DNA of 45,180 bases from a virus (IMGVR_UViG_3300028586_000032:1-45180); one strand, 5' to 3'; positions 26,700-37,679 are shown, counted from the first letter of the stretch. Notes: a model not told the origin generated them from the letters alone. Translations and numbers: made by a program.

Positions 26700-29590
26700 C
26701 CATTAAAGTCGTCCTGCACGGTGCTTACCGTGATGCCCTACCCACGGGCTACAAGCGCGGTGTCACACTCCACGCCAATACCGTCAAAGAGGCTGTCGCG
26801 GCTATCGAGCAGCTAATCCCGCTGCGCCGCATGATCGACACCATGCCTTGCGAAATCCGCACAGGCCGAACGCTTGCCAGTTCCACCTCCCTGAATGGAA
26901 CGGCGGTTGCGTCCAATTGGCAGCTTGCCGACGGCACAGTCCTGCACATTGCGCCCCACACCACCGGCCATGAAATCACCACGGCCATGTTGGTCACTGC
27001 GATTATCTCGGCCGTCGCCAGCGTCGCAGCCAGCCTGCTCATCAACCTGCTCATGCCCGCAACGCAGACGACCAACGATACCCGTAAGAGCGCGCTCTAC
27101 GAGAACGGCGTCAACACTCAGAGTGAGGGATCAGTCCTCGCCTATGTCGCGGGTGATCGCGTGTTCTGCGGCTTCAACGTCATCGAGGCCGACGTGGATT
27201 ACACGAACAACGGCGGACGCCAGAATCTCGGTCAGAACGTCTGGGATGCTAAGTTCGGCGGCACTGGTCAGCAGCATCTATCCGACGCAATGATCCAGCA
27301 AGCCTTTGGTCAAAAGGGCGGCGGCAAGACGATCAGCAACACCACCTACAGCGATGCCATTTTGCGTATCACTGCGGCGATTGGTGCGGGTGAAATCGGC
27401 GGCATCATCGGTGACACGCCCGACGAAAAAGAAAAGAACATCCTCGTCAACGAGGTCCCGCTTCGTGATCGCGGCACCAACCAGCTACTGTTCAACGGCA
27501 TCAGTTGGGCTGAACGATACGGCGTTGCGGGTCAGAGTCCTATCCCGATCACTCCCGGCATCCCCAGCAACTTCGATGGCAATATCGACCTGAGGCGGAA
27601 CCAGCAGAACGGCGGCAGTCAGTTCTACGTCACCAATACGACGAGCGATGCCGACGTAAGCCGCGTCAAAATCCGCATTCGCTTCAACGGACTGGTCAAG
27701 ACGAACAAGAAGAACAATCAGGAGCGCACCACTGTTTCGGGCGGCTTCGACGTAAAGCGCCAAAGTGCGACAGCGTGGACGCCAGCGGGAACGTGGACGG
27801 TCAACGAGAAGTCCACCGACGCGTTCGTTCGCGACTACGAGGTCATGGCTCCACCCAAGACCGTTGGCCAGGACGCCGACCCTTGGATGTTCCGCGTTTA
27901 CCGCACGACCCCTGACAGCACGGACGACAAGCTACAGAACGACACCGCTTTCAACGGTTGGGTGGAAATCAAAGATATCGAGTTGGCCTATGACGGCAGC
28001 AAGGGTGAGGTCCCCACTGCGCTGTTCTCGACCATGATCGATCTGTCGCAGTTCGATCTTGGTTCGAAGCCTGAGATTGCCCTTATCGTGCGCGGTCAGA
28101 AGGTCCGCGTTCCAGACAATTACGATCCCGTGGCGCGCACCTATAGCGGGTTCTGGAATGGCGCATGGAAATACGCCGTCACCAGCAACCCCGTTTGGCA
28201 CTGGCTGGAAATGGCCACCAACCCCCGCATGGGTTGCGGCTTCCCCAGCAGCTTTTTCAACCAGTTCGCCCTGTTGGAAACGGCAAAGTATTGCGACGAG
28301 GACGTTCACGGTCGCCCGCGCTTTACGCTCAACAAGCAATTCACCGACGAGACCGATGGCTGGCCCGCGCTTGTCGATCTGGCGCAGACGTTCCGCGCCT
28401 ATCCATATTTCAACGGCAGCGAAGTTCTGCTCATGCAGGATCGTCCTCAGGATGCGGTTGATCACTTCGTCAACAACGCCGTGGTTGCCGATGGCAAGTT
28501 CAAATACATCAGCGCACCCATTCAGGAACGCTTGAATGAGGTCATCGTCGAATTCGACAATCCCGACGATTATTACCGCAAGGGCTTCGTCACTTACCGC
28601 GACGAGTCCAGCATCCTCAGCAACCGCAAGCTGGGACTGAGCAACAATGGCGTGGTCAGCCGCCGCGTTTACAAAACCGGCTGCACCAGCCGTCAGGAAG
28701 CCTACGACTTCGCCCGCATTCTCCTATTCGCGAGTCAGAAAGAGGGTCTGACTTGCGAGTTCGATACCATGTTGGCTGCGGCAGGATACCAGCCGGGTCA
28801 GCTTATCGAGGTGGACGACTGGACCCGCACGGGCAAGCAGCCGACGGGTCGTGTCGCGGCCATCCTGAGCAGCAACAGCCTGCGCCTCGACCAGCCGGTG
28901 ACGTTCAAGGCCAACACTGCCTATCGCGCACATCTGACCAGCGGCAACGGCTTGGACACGCGCCCTATCGTGCAATTCCCCGTTGATACGACCACCGACG
29001 TTATCACCGTGCAGACCGATGCCGTGGACGCAGATACGCCCGTGGGCATCGTGGAGGCTAACAAGGACGCTGTTCAGCCCCGCGTATTCCGCATCAAGGA
29101 CATCGTTGAGGCCGGTCAGGGCCGCTACACGATCAAGGGCACCCTGCACCATGAAGGCAAGTTCGCGTTCTTCGATGACAATGTGCCAGTCGATTACAGC
29201 CCGTGGACTCAGTTGAACCCCAACACGCCAGTTCCAACCGGCCTAAAGGGCACTCCTCGCAGCTACATGGACGACCTGTTGGGAGCCCAGCACGTAATCG
29301 ACCTGTCTTGGGATGCCATCGACACCACAACCGAGGATGGATACCGGCTCTTGTTGCAGGGTTACTTCCTGCAAGTGAAGCGCCCCGGAAACACCAACTG
29401 GGAGGACGTTTACAAAGGCCCCAACACACTAGCCACGATGATGAACGCCGAACCCGGCGAGCATACTTTCAGCATTCGCTCAATAAATAGCTTGGGCAAG
29501 AGCAGCCCCGCTCTCATCGCCAAGGTCACGTTTGCTTACGGCACGTCGGATGAGGTCGTTTATCCGCCAGTGTTTGAGGGCTTCGATTAA
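26696..29590 (+). CDS. Tail tip protein: gpI-like N-terminus fused to gpJ/TipJ-like body
   Basis: IKVVLHG...TVKEAVAA (gpI-like), internal KGGGK, GQKVRVPDNYDP..RTYSG.W.G..K...SNP.W, YCDE, GCTSRQEA, fibronectin-like end. Confidence 0.9.
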   Translation: MTIKVVLHGAYRDALPTGYKRGVTLHANTVKEAVAAIEQLIPLRRMIDTMPCEIRTGRTLASSTSLNGTAVASNWQLADGTVLHIAPHTTGHEITTAMLVTAIISAVASVAASLLINLLMPATQTTNDTRKSALYENGVNTQSEGSVLAYVAGDRVFCGFNVIEADVDYTNNGGRQNLGQNVWDAKFGGTGQQHLSDAMIQQAFGQKGGGKTISNTTYSDAILRITAAIGAGEIGGIIGDTPDEKEKNILVNEVPLRDRGTNQLLFNGISWAERYGVAGQSPIPITPGIPSNFDGNIDLRRNQQNGGSQFYVTNTTSDADVSRVKIRIRFNGLVKTNKKNNQERTTVSGGFDVKRQSATAWTPAGTWTVNEKSTDAFVRDYEVMAPPKTVGQDADPWMFRVYRTTPDSTDDKLQNDTAFNGWVEIKDIELAYDGSKGEVPTALFSTMIDLSQFDLGSKPEIALIVRGQKVRVPDNYDPVARTYSGFWNGAWKYAVTSNPVWHWLEMATNPRMGCGFPSSFFNQFALLETAKYCDEDVHGRPRFTLNKQFTDETDGWPALVDLAQTFRAYPYFNGSEVLLMQDRPQDAVDHFVNNAVVADGKFKYISAPIQERLNEVIVEFDNPDDYYRKGFVTYRDESSILSNRKLGLSNNGVVSRRVYKTGCTSRQEAYDFARILLFASQKEGLTCEFDTMLAAAGYQPGQLIEVDDWTRTGKQPTGRVAAILSSNSLRLDQPVTFKANTAYRAHLTSGNGLDTRPIVQFPVDTTTDVITVQTDAVDADTPVGIVEANKDAVQPRVFRIKDIVEAGQGRYTIKGTLHHEGKFAFFDDNVPVDYSPWTQLNPNTPVPTGLKGTPRSYMDDLLGAQHVIDLSWDAIDTTTEDGYRLLLQGYFLQVKRPGNTNWEDVYKGPNTLATMMNAEPGEHTFSIRSINSLGKSSPALIAKVTFAYGTSDEVVYPPVFEGFD

Positions 29591-31635
29591 TGGCCATTAC
29601 GTTTCGAGGTCGTGACCTAGTAGTCCGCTTCAAGGAAAATGAACTCAACGGCGCTGAGCGTATGTATCAGGTCCGCTACCAGTGCGCGACCAACATGGTC
29701 GTTCACAACATCCTGGCCGAAGACTTTTACGAGCAGGACCCATCGACCCAGCTTCGCCGTTACGTGGACACGCTGCGCTATGACGAGAATGTCGCCAACG
29801 GCCTGACGCGCTCGCCTGTTGTCAGCATGAGGACCCAGAACGCCAATGGCGTGTTCTCGGGTTGGCAGAACATCGACGCTTCTAACCCGCTTCCCGTTCT
29901 TGCTGGAACGCCGCTTATTGATCCGACGCTAACCGGCGTCCAAATTCGCCTTATCCAGCCAGACGATGACGACCTTGTGGGCTTCGCTGTCTGGGTCAGC
30001 GACAAGCCCGGTGTGCCGCTTACCGATGGCTATCTGCGTCATCAGGGAGCCAGCACCAGCATCGACATTCCGCTTCCCAGCGATGACACCTATTACATGC
30101 GCGTTGCGCCTTACGATGCCTTTGGCCTCGATCCAGCGGCGGCGTTCCCTGAAATGTCGATCAAGCGCCGTCCGCTAGGTGGTGAGATCGTAAACAGCCC
30201 GCCGTGGCGTCAGCTTCCCGATCTTGTGACAGGGCTAATCACCACGCCCATTGAGCAGCTATCCGCGCTTCAAATCGAATACGGCACGTCGAACGTCAAA
30301 CTCACTCAGGCACTTAACAAGGAAAACCTAGTCGCCATCCGTGAGTTTGGAACGAGGGTCGATGAGAGTGGCGCTAAGATCGCTGAGGACATGCTTCAGC
30401 TTACCAGCCGCCTGACTGACGCCGAGAAAGCCGTCGCGGGTATCGACATCAAGGGTCCGATTGAGGCCGGATTGAGTGAACTGCGCCGTTCGATCGCCAA
30501 CGCCAATTATGCCAGCAGCGAGGTCGTAGATATCAAAATCGCCAATTACGGCGATGGCGTTACGGCTTGGCAGACCAACGAGGAGCGCGTTCGCTCTGAG
30601 CGGGATAAGGCGATTGCCGAAGACATCGAGAAGATGGGCGTCAGGATCACTGACGAGGTTGGCGGCGTAAAAACCTCGCTGGAAGGCTCGTTCAACGATC
30701 TGCGAAAGCTGGTCGTAGATAACGAGTTTGGCACTGCCTTGGCACTCCGCGTCGATGAAATGGGCGTCCGCATCACCACTGAGGTTGATGGTGAGAAATT
30801 GGCGCGTGAGGCTGCAATCCGCACGGTTCAACAATCAATCGTAGATGGCGACTTCGCGCAGTCCAACCGAACAGACACCCTGAATGCCTACGTCGATGGG
30901 ATCGTTGGTCCCAATGGTCCTATTGCGGGCATCAACGGCGTCATTCAGACAATTCAGGAAGTGGAGGCGAGGAATGACGGAGCCCGCGCACAGGAGATCC
31001 GCAACGTCCAATCTCAGCTAGACGGTTTGAATTACGCCGCTGTTGAAGAGAAGGTAAACACCTACGCCAATAAGGTCGATGGCATCGGTGCTCAGTATGT
31101 CCTCAAAGTCCAAACGGACGTAAACGGCGTTAAGTCGATTGCTGGTATGGGTATTGCCGTTGAAAACGGGGTTTCCGCGATTGCATTCAACGCCGACAGC
31201 TTCAGAATCGCTACTCCGGGTCAGTCGTCCAAACAGATTTTCTATGGCGATTCTGAGGGCGTCTATATGCCCAACGTGCGCGTAGATACACTAACCTATG
31301 GAGCTTTGGTTGACCAGTTTTCCAAGGGACAGTCGCTCCTTGATCCCGCCGGTGGATATCAGCGCATTCCTGGTGGCCTGATTATGATGTGGGGCCAGTA
31401 TCGTGGCGCTATTCGAAGTGAGACGACATTCTCGATTCCTTTTCCAATCCAGTTTCCTAGTCAATGCCTGTGCGTCAACGTCACACCCTACCTGAACTTC
31501 TTTAATAACGAGCGAGATTTGTGGATGCAGATTGTCGGACAGGCCAGCCCATATGGCTTTACTGTTGCCTCACAGGCTGCTCGTTCGGTCGACCAGAACA
31601 TCGACGGATTTAACTGGATGGCGTTCGGCATCTAA
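29590..31635 (+). CDS. Central fibre C-terminal part (coiled coil + DUF1983-like + gp53-like C-terminal domain)
   Basis: YVLKVQ..VNG...IAGMGI...FNADSF.I and GYQRIPGGLIMMWG...FPIQFP. Confidence 0.8.
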   Translation: MAITFRGRDLVVRFKENELNGAERMYQVRYQCATNMVVHNILAEDFYEQDPSTQLRRYVDTLRYDENVANGLTRSPVVSMRTQNANGVFSGWQNIDASNPLPVLAGTPLIDPTLTGVQIRLIQPDDDDLVGFAVWVSDKPGVPLTDGYLRHQGASTSIDIPLPSDDTYYMRVAPYDAFGLDPAAAFPEMSIKRRPLGGEIVNSPPWRQLPDLVTGLITTPIEQLSALQIEYGTSNVKLTQALNKENLVAIREFGTRVDESGAKIAEDMLQLTSRLTDAEKAVAGIDIKGPIEAGLSELRRSIANANYASSEVVDIKIANYGDGVTAWQTNEERVRSERDKAIAEDIEKMGVRITDEVGGVKTSLEGSFNDLRKLVVDNEFGTALALRVDEMGVRITTEVDGEKLAREAAIRTVQQSIVDGDFAQSNRTDTLNAYVDGIVGPNGPIAGINGVIQTIQEVEARNDGARAQEIRNVQSQLDGLNYAAVEEKVNTYANKVDGIGAQYVLKVQTDVNGVKSIAGMGIAVENGVSAIAFNADSFRIATPGQSSKQIFYGDSEGVYMPNVRVDTLTYGALVDQFSKGQSLLDPAGGYQRIPGGLIMMWGQYRGAIRSETTFSIPFPIQFPSQCLCVNVTPYLNFFNNERDLWMQIVGQASPYGFTVASQAARSVDQNIDGFNWMAFGI

Positions 31636-31685
31636 GCCAACCAGCACGCCCCGATAAATATCAGAAATGATATTCAGGGGGCCGC

Positions 31686-34600
31686 ATGGCAACTAACTTC
31701 GAAAACAGCGGAACCATCAGCCTTACTAATGGATCGCGCACGGTTGTAGGTTCGGGCACGTCTTGGCTCACCAATTATGATGGCACGGCTCTCAACATCG
31801 GTGGACTCAGCTTCCCAGTTGATACCGTGGACAGTGCAAGCGAACTAACGCTGGTCGATCCATATACGGGTCAGACCGCATCGGGCTTGAACTACACCCT
31901 CTTGCCTTTGCAGCCGCACAATTACCAGTTGGCCAAGGAAGTCCGTCAGATCATCGACATTGCGGGCGACCTTGTTGACGCAAAGGTCGGTCCCGTTGGT
32001 CCTGCTGGCCCCAAGGGCGCGCAAGGTCCCAGCGGCAAGAACGGCGATGCCGGCTTTGGCGCAATCGTCAATCTGAGCGAGGTTGCTGGCCAGATCGCCG
32101 GCAGCAATGGCTCCTATGTCCTGATCCCTGTGAACGTCGGCGATCCCGGTATCACGCTGACGCAGGATGCGACCGTGTTCCTTCCCGGTGACAAGCCAAC
32201 GGCAACAGCGGCCCTGTATGCGCGTGCCCGTGTCGTGGGCGGCGTGTCGGGTCTCGCGATCACCATTGGCCTCGCGAACGCTCCTGAGCCCCAGCCCGAA
32301 GTCCCAACGGAGCCTGTCGATCTCTCGGGTAGCAGCACCATTTACGGCTCCCCCGGCACGATCATTCCTCTTGGTATCAACCTCGGCGGCAGCAAGGCGA
32401 ACTTCACCGTCAACACGCCAGAAGAGCTTCCTGTGATGATCGAGCGCCGCGTTGATATCGTGACGCCCACAAGCAGCACTTGGACCCTCGGCGGTTCTGG
32501 CGCTCCCTATGCGGCAGTCGGCAACGCCGTCAGCAACACGGCTGGCCTGAACAAGAGCGGCACGGGCTTTGGTTTCCGCAACGGCCACGTCGTCGTCAAT
32601 CAGGGCAGCTATCTGTTCAGCGAGGCGCTGGCGATGGAGTTCAAGACCAGCACCAACGACATTATAACCCAGACACCACCGACACTCCGAATGAGCTGGA
32701 AGGGCATTGTTCCTGCTTCGACGTTCGAAGCCCCGATCCTGAACCTGCTCGATTATGGAACGGGCGGCATGACGCTTCGCATTCACTGGGAAGGCAGCAC
32801 GCTCCAGCTACAGCTTCACCGCAACGGTTCCAGCGAGAACATCATCAGCCCAGAAGCAACGAACCGCGTTCTTGGCACCAACCAGCTTTACGAAGCGGAG
32901 TGGAATGACAACCCCGGCGGCGAAGGCGGCACGGTCACATTCTACATTGATGGCGTTCAGCTTGGCGCACCGGTCAAGACATCGAGCAAGCCTCGTGTCG
33001 CGCCAGCAGCCGTGATGGAAATCAACGCATCGGCGGGTAACACCTCGCAGGGCATCAACGATCTTGAAATTGAGTCCGTGAAGCTGTCCGTTGGCAAGCC
33101 GGGCATCAAGAGCAATTACGAAGCGGTCAAGGATGGCGTTATCAGCGTCACCGACTTGCAGAATCTGGTTGTCGATGCACGCAATATCTCGGGCAACCAA
33201 ACTGCTCGCCACCTGACCTACACGGCCAATGGCTTGCAGACCTATGATGTCGAGATTGTCGTTGGTGAGATGCAGCTACCAGCAGGTCGCGCATACAAGG
33301 CGGTCCTTGAGGACTGGTCGAGCGGTTCGGCTGTTGAGCATCCCAACCACCTCGTCATGACCAAGCCAAGCGCGCAGAACTGCAAGTTCGAAGACGCTTC
33401 GCTCTACGGCAGTCAGGCGACATGGACTGAGGTTTTGCCTCAGGGACCGGTGCCCAGCATCAACGGCATCAACTACTATTGCGAGGGCATCCGCATCGGA
33501 ACGTATGTCCAGTTCCAGTTTGGTTACGACTGGAACACGGCGACCATGCCCAATGCGCCGTTTGGCGATCCATCGGGCAAGGACAGCTACATGGTTCCGC
33601 ACAAGTGGAAGATCCTAGACAGCACGGGCGCGGTTATTGCTCGCGTTGAGAAGCCCAACGGCGAACCCCTGAACGCTACCAGCTCGCCCGCGACGTGGCA
33701 GGGCACGTATGACGGTCGAGGCGTGGCGCAGATCACCGCAGCCAACCCGTTCTATCCACATGGCACGACCCGCAGCGGCGTTATCTGGCGCAGCCACGAT
33801 CCCGTGGAATACACCCAGCAGCAGATTTGGAGCACGGTTCCCGTTTACGACTTCCGCGTCCCGTTCGCGTCCAAGACCGGCTTCTCGGTCAACGGTGGCG
33901 ACATGAGGATTTTCAGCGACGGTCAGGCAAACGGCTTTGCCAACTACCGCGTCATGTCGTGGGAGCCGACGACCTATCAGGACATTCAGGCGCAAGCCGC
34001 GGCTACCAAGGACCCTTGGAAGGGCAGCGTTTACAATCCCGATGGCGCAGTGCCCAACGCGGGTGTCTGGCTCAAATACACGCCATTCAACCAGATGGGC
34101 CGCAGTCAAATCACCGGTCCTGGTGGTGTGAGGGATGATCGTCAGGTCATGCCGGAAATGGTCGCCCTGTATGCCCGCGATGTCACGTCCAAGCGTCCGC
34201 ACGACGCACGGCCAATGAAGCAAATCGCACTCGATTACCTCACTGGCTACGTCAGCGATCCATATCACGCCTTCGAAAACGGCAGGAATAAGCCGCTCTA
34301 CAAGGGCAACATGCGCCGCAACATCACGATGCGTAACCACTACTATGGACCGGGACAGGCCGCGACACCCGCAAGCCAAGCCTATTACGTGCAGGGTGGA
34401 CGCCCTTACGAATGGTCCAACGGCAGCAGCCCACTCAGAGTGAGGGTGCCCTATGGCGGTATCGTTGCTTCGAAGCCGATCTTCGGCACCAACCAGATTG
34501 ACGAAGCGCACGGCCATCAGCTTCCCCATTGGGGCTCGCTGCTATTCCAGACGCCTGAATTTGCGTTCTTGGGTCACCGGTTCTTCGATCAGGTCAAGCT

Positions 34601-35468
34601 CTACGACAACGTGATTCTGGGCAAAACCGATAGCTGCACCGAGTTCTACGAGCGTGGCGCAGCGTGGAAGTTCCTACAGAGCGCAATGGCTTGGAAGACC
34701 GCGAGTGCAAACAGCGACCGGCTCTACAGCCGCGCCGAGGTCATGGATTTCGTGACGTTCGATTTCGAGACCTTCTACGATCTCTGGTATGCCAGCACCC
34801 CCGGCTTCCTCAATCCGCCAACCAACATCATGACGGGTGGACAGGTTGACCAGCAAAAGGCTGTCTTCGCTGGTGCGGCGCGCTTTGGACCTGTGCAGTT
34901 CACGGACGCTGGCGTTCACTGTCACGACTTCTTTAGCGGCTACTGGCTGAGCGCACTTCATGTCGCACACCGTATTGGCTTCCTTGAAGCGCTTCGCGCA
35001 GCAAGCCCTAAGGTCAAAGCGGTCGTGGATTGGCTGCTGGCATGTCACCGCAACCGCATGATTGGCCGCATCAACGACGGCTATCTCATCAACGCCTATC
35101 AGGGCACTGACTACCTCACCAGCTACTGGACCGAGGCGGAAATCAAGGCTGCTGGCGGTGATGTCTCGAAGCTGCACCAGAACATGGCTCAGGTTGCGGC
35201 TGCGCGACCAGCGCCAAGCTGGGACACTTACAAGAACGGCAACGAGACAAGCAGTCGCGATGGTCAGGCAATGGACCAGCTTCTCGCCGGTCCTGCGTTG
35301 CTCAAGGACATGGGCATGACAGGTGCTGATGTCGATAAGGCCGTGACGACTGCTGAGCAGCGTTTCCAAGAGAAGCTGACCAGTGAAACCGCCAAGGGTT
35401 CAACAGCGGCTGGTTTCGATTGGTTCAAGTATCACCAAGCCACGAACAACAGACCCGTCAGGCCCTGA
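31686..35468 (+). CDS. Large tail fibre/spike-like protein (1260 aa)
   Basis: GTISLTNGS..V.G.GT.W fibre N-terminus, short collagen stretch, lectin/LamG-like middle (VTFYIDG), large aromatic-rich C-terminal domain. Confidence 0.75.
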   Translation: MATNFENSGTISLTNGSRTVVGSGTSWLTNYDGTALNIGGLSFPVDTVDSASELTLVDPYTGQTASGLNYTLLPLQPHNYQLAKEVRQIIDIAGDLVDAKVGPVGPAGPKGAQGPSGKNGDAGFGAIVNLSEVAGQIAGSNGSYVLIPVNVGDPGITLTQDATVFLPGDKPTATAALYARARVVGGVSGLAITIGLANAPEPQPEVPTEPVDLSGSSTIYGSPGTIIPLGINLGGSKANFTVNTPEELPVMIERRVDIVTPTSSTWTLGGSGAPYAAVGNAVSNTAGLNKSGTGFGFRNGHVVVNQGSYLFSEALAMEFKTSTNDIITQTPPTLRMSWKGIVPASTFEAPILNLLDYGTGGMTLRIHWEGSTLQLQLHRNGSSENIISPEATNRVLGTNQLYEAEWNDNPGGEGGTVTFYIDGVQLGAPVKTSSKPRVAPAAVMEINASAGNTSQGINDLEIESVKLSVGKPGIKSNYEAVKDGVISVTDLQNLVVDARNISGNQTARHLTYTANGLQTYDVEIVVGEMQLPAGRAYKAVLEDWSSGSAVEHPNHLVMTKPSAQNCKFEDASLYGSQATWTEVLPQGPVPSINGINYYCEGIRIGTYVQFQFGYDWNTATMPNAPFGDPSGKDSYMVPHKWKILDSTGAVIARVEKPNGEPLNATSSPATWQGTYDGRGVAQITAANPFYPHGTTRSGVIWRSHDPVEYTQQQIWSTVPVYDFRVPFASKTGFSVNGGDMRIFSDGQANGFANYRVMSWEPTTYQDIQAQAAATKDPWKGSVYNPDGAVPNAGVWLKYTPFNQMGRSQITGPGGVRDDRQVMPEMVALYARDVTSKRPHDARPMKQIALDYLTGYVSDPYHAFENGRNKPLYKGNMRRNITMRNHYYGPGQAATPASQAYYVQGGRPYEWSNGSSPLRVRVPYGGIVASKPIFGTNQIDEAHGHQLPHWGSLLFQTPEFAFLGHRFFDQVKLYDNVILGKTDSCTEFYERGAAWKFLQSAMAWKTASANSDRLYSRAEVMDFVTFDFETFYDLWYASTPGFLNPPTNIMTGGQVDQQKAVFAGAARFGPVQFTDAGVHCHDFFSGYWLSALHVAHRIGFLEALRAASPKVKAVVDWLLACHRNRMIGRINDGYLINAYQGTDYLTSYWTEAEIKAAGGDVSKLHQNMAQVAAARPAPSWDTYKNGNETSSRDGQAMDQLLAGPALLKDMGMTGADVDKAVTTAEQRFQEKLTSETAKGSTAAGFDWFKYHQATNNRPVRP

Positions 35469-35514
35469 GAGACAGTATCCAACTAAATATCCGTGATAAC
35501 TGTGAGGTCACGGA

Positions 35515-35868
35515 ATGGCGTTGGATACTGCACCTATTGAACTACGAGCATATAATCCTGCGTCCGCCGGATCATTGGTCTTCAACCGGATTTGGGGGCT
35601 GGTCACTCAGAGTGAGCCAGTCGCCCATTCCGTCGTTGAAGCCTACTTCCATGTCCGTGACAATGGCCGCACCAAGCTAGAGCTATCACTTGGTAAGGGC
35701 CTGACTTGGGACGACACAGCCAAGTCAATTCATATCCAGATCACCAACGAGCAAGTGGCTTTCATCCGGGCAACGTCTGAGATGGATTACAGCTTCTATG
35801 TCGTTTGGGATTATGGCGCAGTCCAGACCCTCAAAGAAGGAACCGTAACAGCGGTCAAGGTGGCCTAA
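35515..35868 (+). CDS. Virion-associated adaptor-like protein
   Basis: TAAATA at 35484 and GAGG SD; between two fibre genes; ends L.EG.VT. Confidence 0.6.
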   Translation: MALDTAPIELRAYNPASAGSLVFNRIWGLVTQSEPVAHSVVEAYFHVRDNGRTKLELSLGKGLTWDDTAKSIHIQITNEQVAFIRATSEMDYSFYVVWDYGAVQTLKEGTVTAVKVA

Positions 35869-35870
35869 AC

Positions 35871-37643
35871 ATGAGTTCGGGAAAAGAAGTCGGGATTACC
35901 GACCTGCTCGTAGAAGCTGAATACGAAATTCTAGAAGTCGCAGCCGGTTTGGTATCCGTGCCCGGTCCTCAGGGCGATCGAGGCGAAACCGGTCCCGCTG
36001 GCCCAATTGGTCCCGCTGGACGCGATGGCGTTGACGGTTTGCCGGGTCGTGATGGCGTCGACGGACTGCCAGGCCGAAATGGCGTCGATGGCCTCCCCGG
36101 TCGTGACGGACGCGACGGCCTCGATGGTCTGGACGGCCAAAGGGGTCCAGCGGGTGCCGATGGCCTCGATGGCGTAAACGGCGCAGACGGCAAGGATGGC
36201 GCTCAAGGTCTGCCCGGTATTCCCGGCAGCAAAGGCGACAAGGGCGATCCCGGCGCAAATGGCCGTGATGGTGTCGATGGAGCCGCAGGCGCGACCGGTG
36301 CAACTGGTCCAGCGGGTGCCGATGGTGCAGCAGGCGCAACCGGACCTAAGGGCGACACAGGAACGCCCGGTGTAGCGGGTGCAGACGGTCAACAAGGGCC
36401 GACCGGCCCCAAGGGCGATACAGGTAGCCCCGGCGCCACAGGCCCTAAGGGTGACGCTGGCGCAGCGGGTGCAAAGGGCGATACAGGCGCGCAAGGAGTT
36501 CAGGGGGTCAAAGGCGACACTGGCGCTACCGGCGCGACCGGCGCAGCAGGAGCCAACGGCACGAACGGCGCGAATGGTCAGGGCGTCCCAACAGGCGGCA
36601 CTGCTGGTCAGGTGCTGAGCAAGGTCAACGCCACGGATTACAACACCGCGTGGGTAACGCCAGCGAGCGGCAGCGCGACAAACGGATTGCCCACGGGCGG
36701 CTCGGCAAACCAGTTCCTCATTAAAACCAGCGCGACGGATTATGCGGCTAGCTGGCAGACCAAGACTCTGTTGGCGACGAACGGCAGCGGAAGGGAAGTT
36801 CAGTTCAGGAATGGTGCCGCGCTTGCAGGTGCCAGCAAGGTATCGATTCACACTGATGGCAACTTGATCCTGAGCGGTGACGCCGTGGTCCGCGCTGCAA
36901 ACATCGCCAACCGATCACACCTCAGCGTTAGCAGCCAGTATGCTCTCCAGAGCCAATTTCCCCTTGGCGTATCTCCCGGCTTTTCAACACAAAGGGAGTG
37001 GCTGGCAAATGGTGAGACGCTTGGCACATACACCAAGGCATTTGACCCTGCGTATCAGGGCACGGCTGTCGCGGTGCCGATGAGTGCAACTGCTCAGCTT
37101 TGCGAACCTCAGATCACCTATGAGACAGCGGCATCGGCCAACTCCATTGCGTCGTTGACGTGTCTCAATCCCATCATGAAGCCGACAACTACCAACGTCG
37201 CTGGCTTCTTTGTCTCATTGCGTCTTCGCATTCCCGCTTGGACTGCTGGCCAGCGTTGGTTCGTCGGCTTGACCGACAATCCAAATGCACCAACCGACAT
37301 TGACCCCAGCAGCATGACCAACTTCATTGGTTTTGGCGTCAATGCAGCTGATACCAATCTGCAATACATGGTTCGTTCCACTGGCACGCTGTCAAAGAAC
37401 GATCTGAACATGCCTGCGGCTGTCAGCAACAACCTCTACACTTTCATGTTTTTCTGCCCCGTTGACTCATCGAACATCACCGCAACGGTGATCAGCGATG
37501 TTTACAGCATGGGTGGCAGTAGCACGATCGTATCGGGCACAAAGCTATACCTGAAAGCATGGATTGGCACAGGCTCGACCACGACCAAAGCATCTATCGC
37601 CTTTAGTCGCGGTTACTTGGAGCACATCTACTACACGTTCTAA
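35871..37643 (+). CDS. Collagen-like tail fibre
   Basis: 68 Gly-X-Y triplets, two G(V/L)PTGG..Q.L.K..ATDY...W repeats, globular C-terminus. Confidence 0.9.
   Translation: MSSGKEVGITDLLVEAEYEILEVAAGLVSVPGPQGDRGETGPAGPIGPAGRDGVDGLPGRDGVDGLPGRNGVDGLPGRDGRDGLDGLDGQRGPAGADGLDGVNGADGKDGAQGLPGIPGSKGDKGDPGANGRDGVDGAAGATGATGPAGADGAAGATGPKGDTGTPGVAGADGQQGPTGPKGDTGSPGATGPKGDAGAAGAKGDTGAQGVQGVKGDTGATGATGAAGANGTNGANGQGVPTGGTAGQVLSKVNATDYNTAWVTPASGSATNGLPTGGSANQFLIKTSATDYAASWQTKTLLATNGSGREVQFRNGAALAGASKVSIHTDGNLILSGDAVVRAANIANRSHLSVSSQYALQSQFPLGVSPGFSTQREWLANGETLGTYTKAFDPAYQGTAVAVPMSATAQLCEPQITYETAASANSIASLTCLNPIMKPTTTNVAGFFVSLRLRIPAWTAGQRWFVGLTDNPNAPTDIDPSSMTNFIGFGVNAADTNLQYMVRSTGTLSKNDLNMPAAVSNNLYTFMFFCPVDSSNITATVISDVYSMGGSSTIVSGTKLYLKAWIGTGSTTTKASIAFSRGYLEHIYYTF
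35964..36575 (+). repeat. Uninterrupted Gly-X-Y repeat (68 triplets)
   Basis: GPQ GDR GET ... GTN GAN counted from the translation. Confidence 0.95.
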
Positions 37644-37679
37644 TTCAACGGAGGGGATTGCCACTGGCATCCAGAGCAA

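Noticed and set aside
35896-36851. Long minus-strand ORFs over the collagen gene (and similar ones over tape measure and fibre genes)
   Set aside because: Shadow ORFs caused by GC-rich repetitive codons on the coding strand
29590-37643. Diversity-generating retroelement or invertible fibre cassette
   Set aside because: No reverse transcriptase, no template/variable repeat pair and no inverted fibre segments seen
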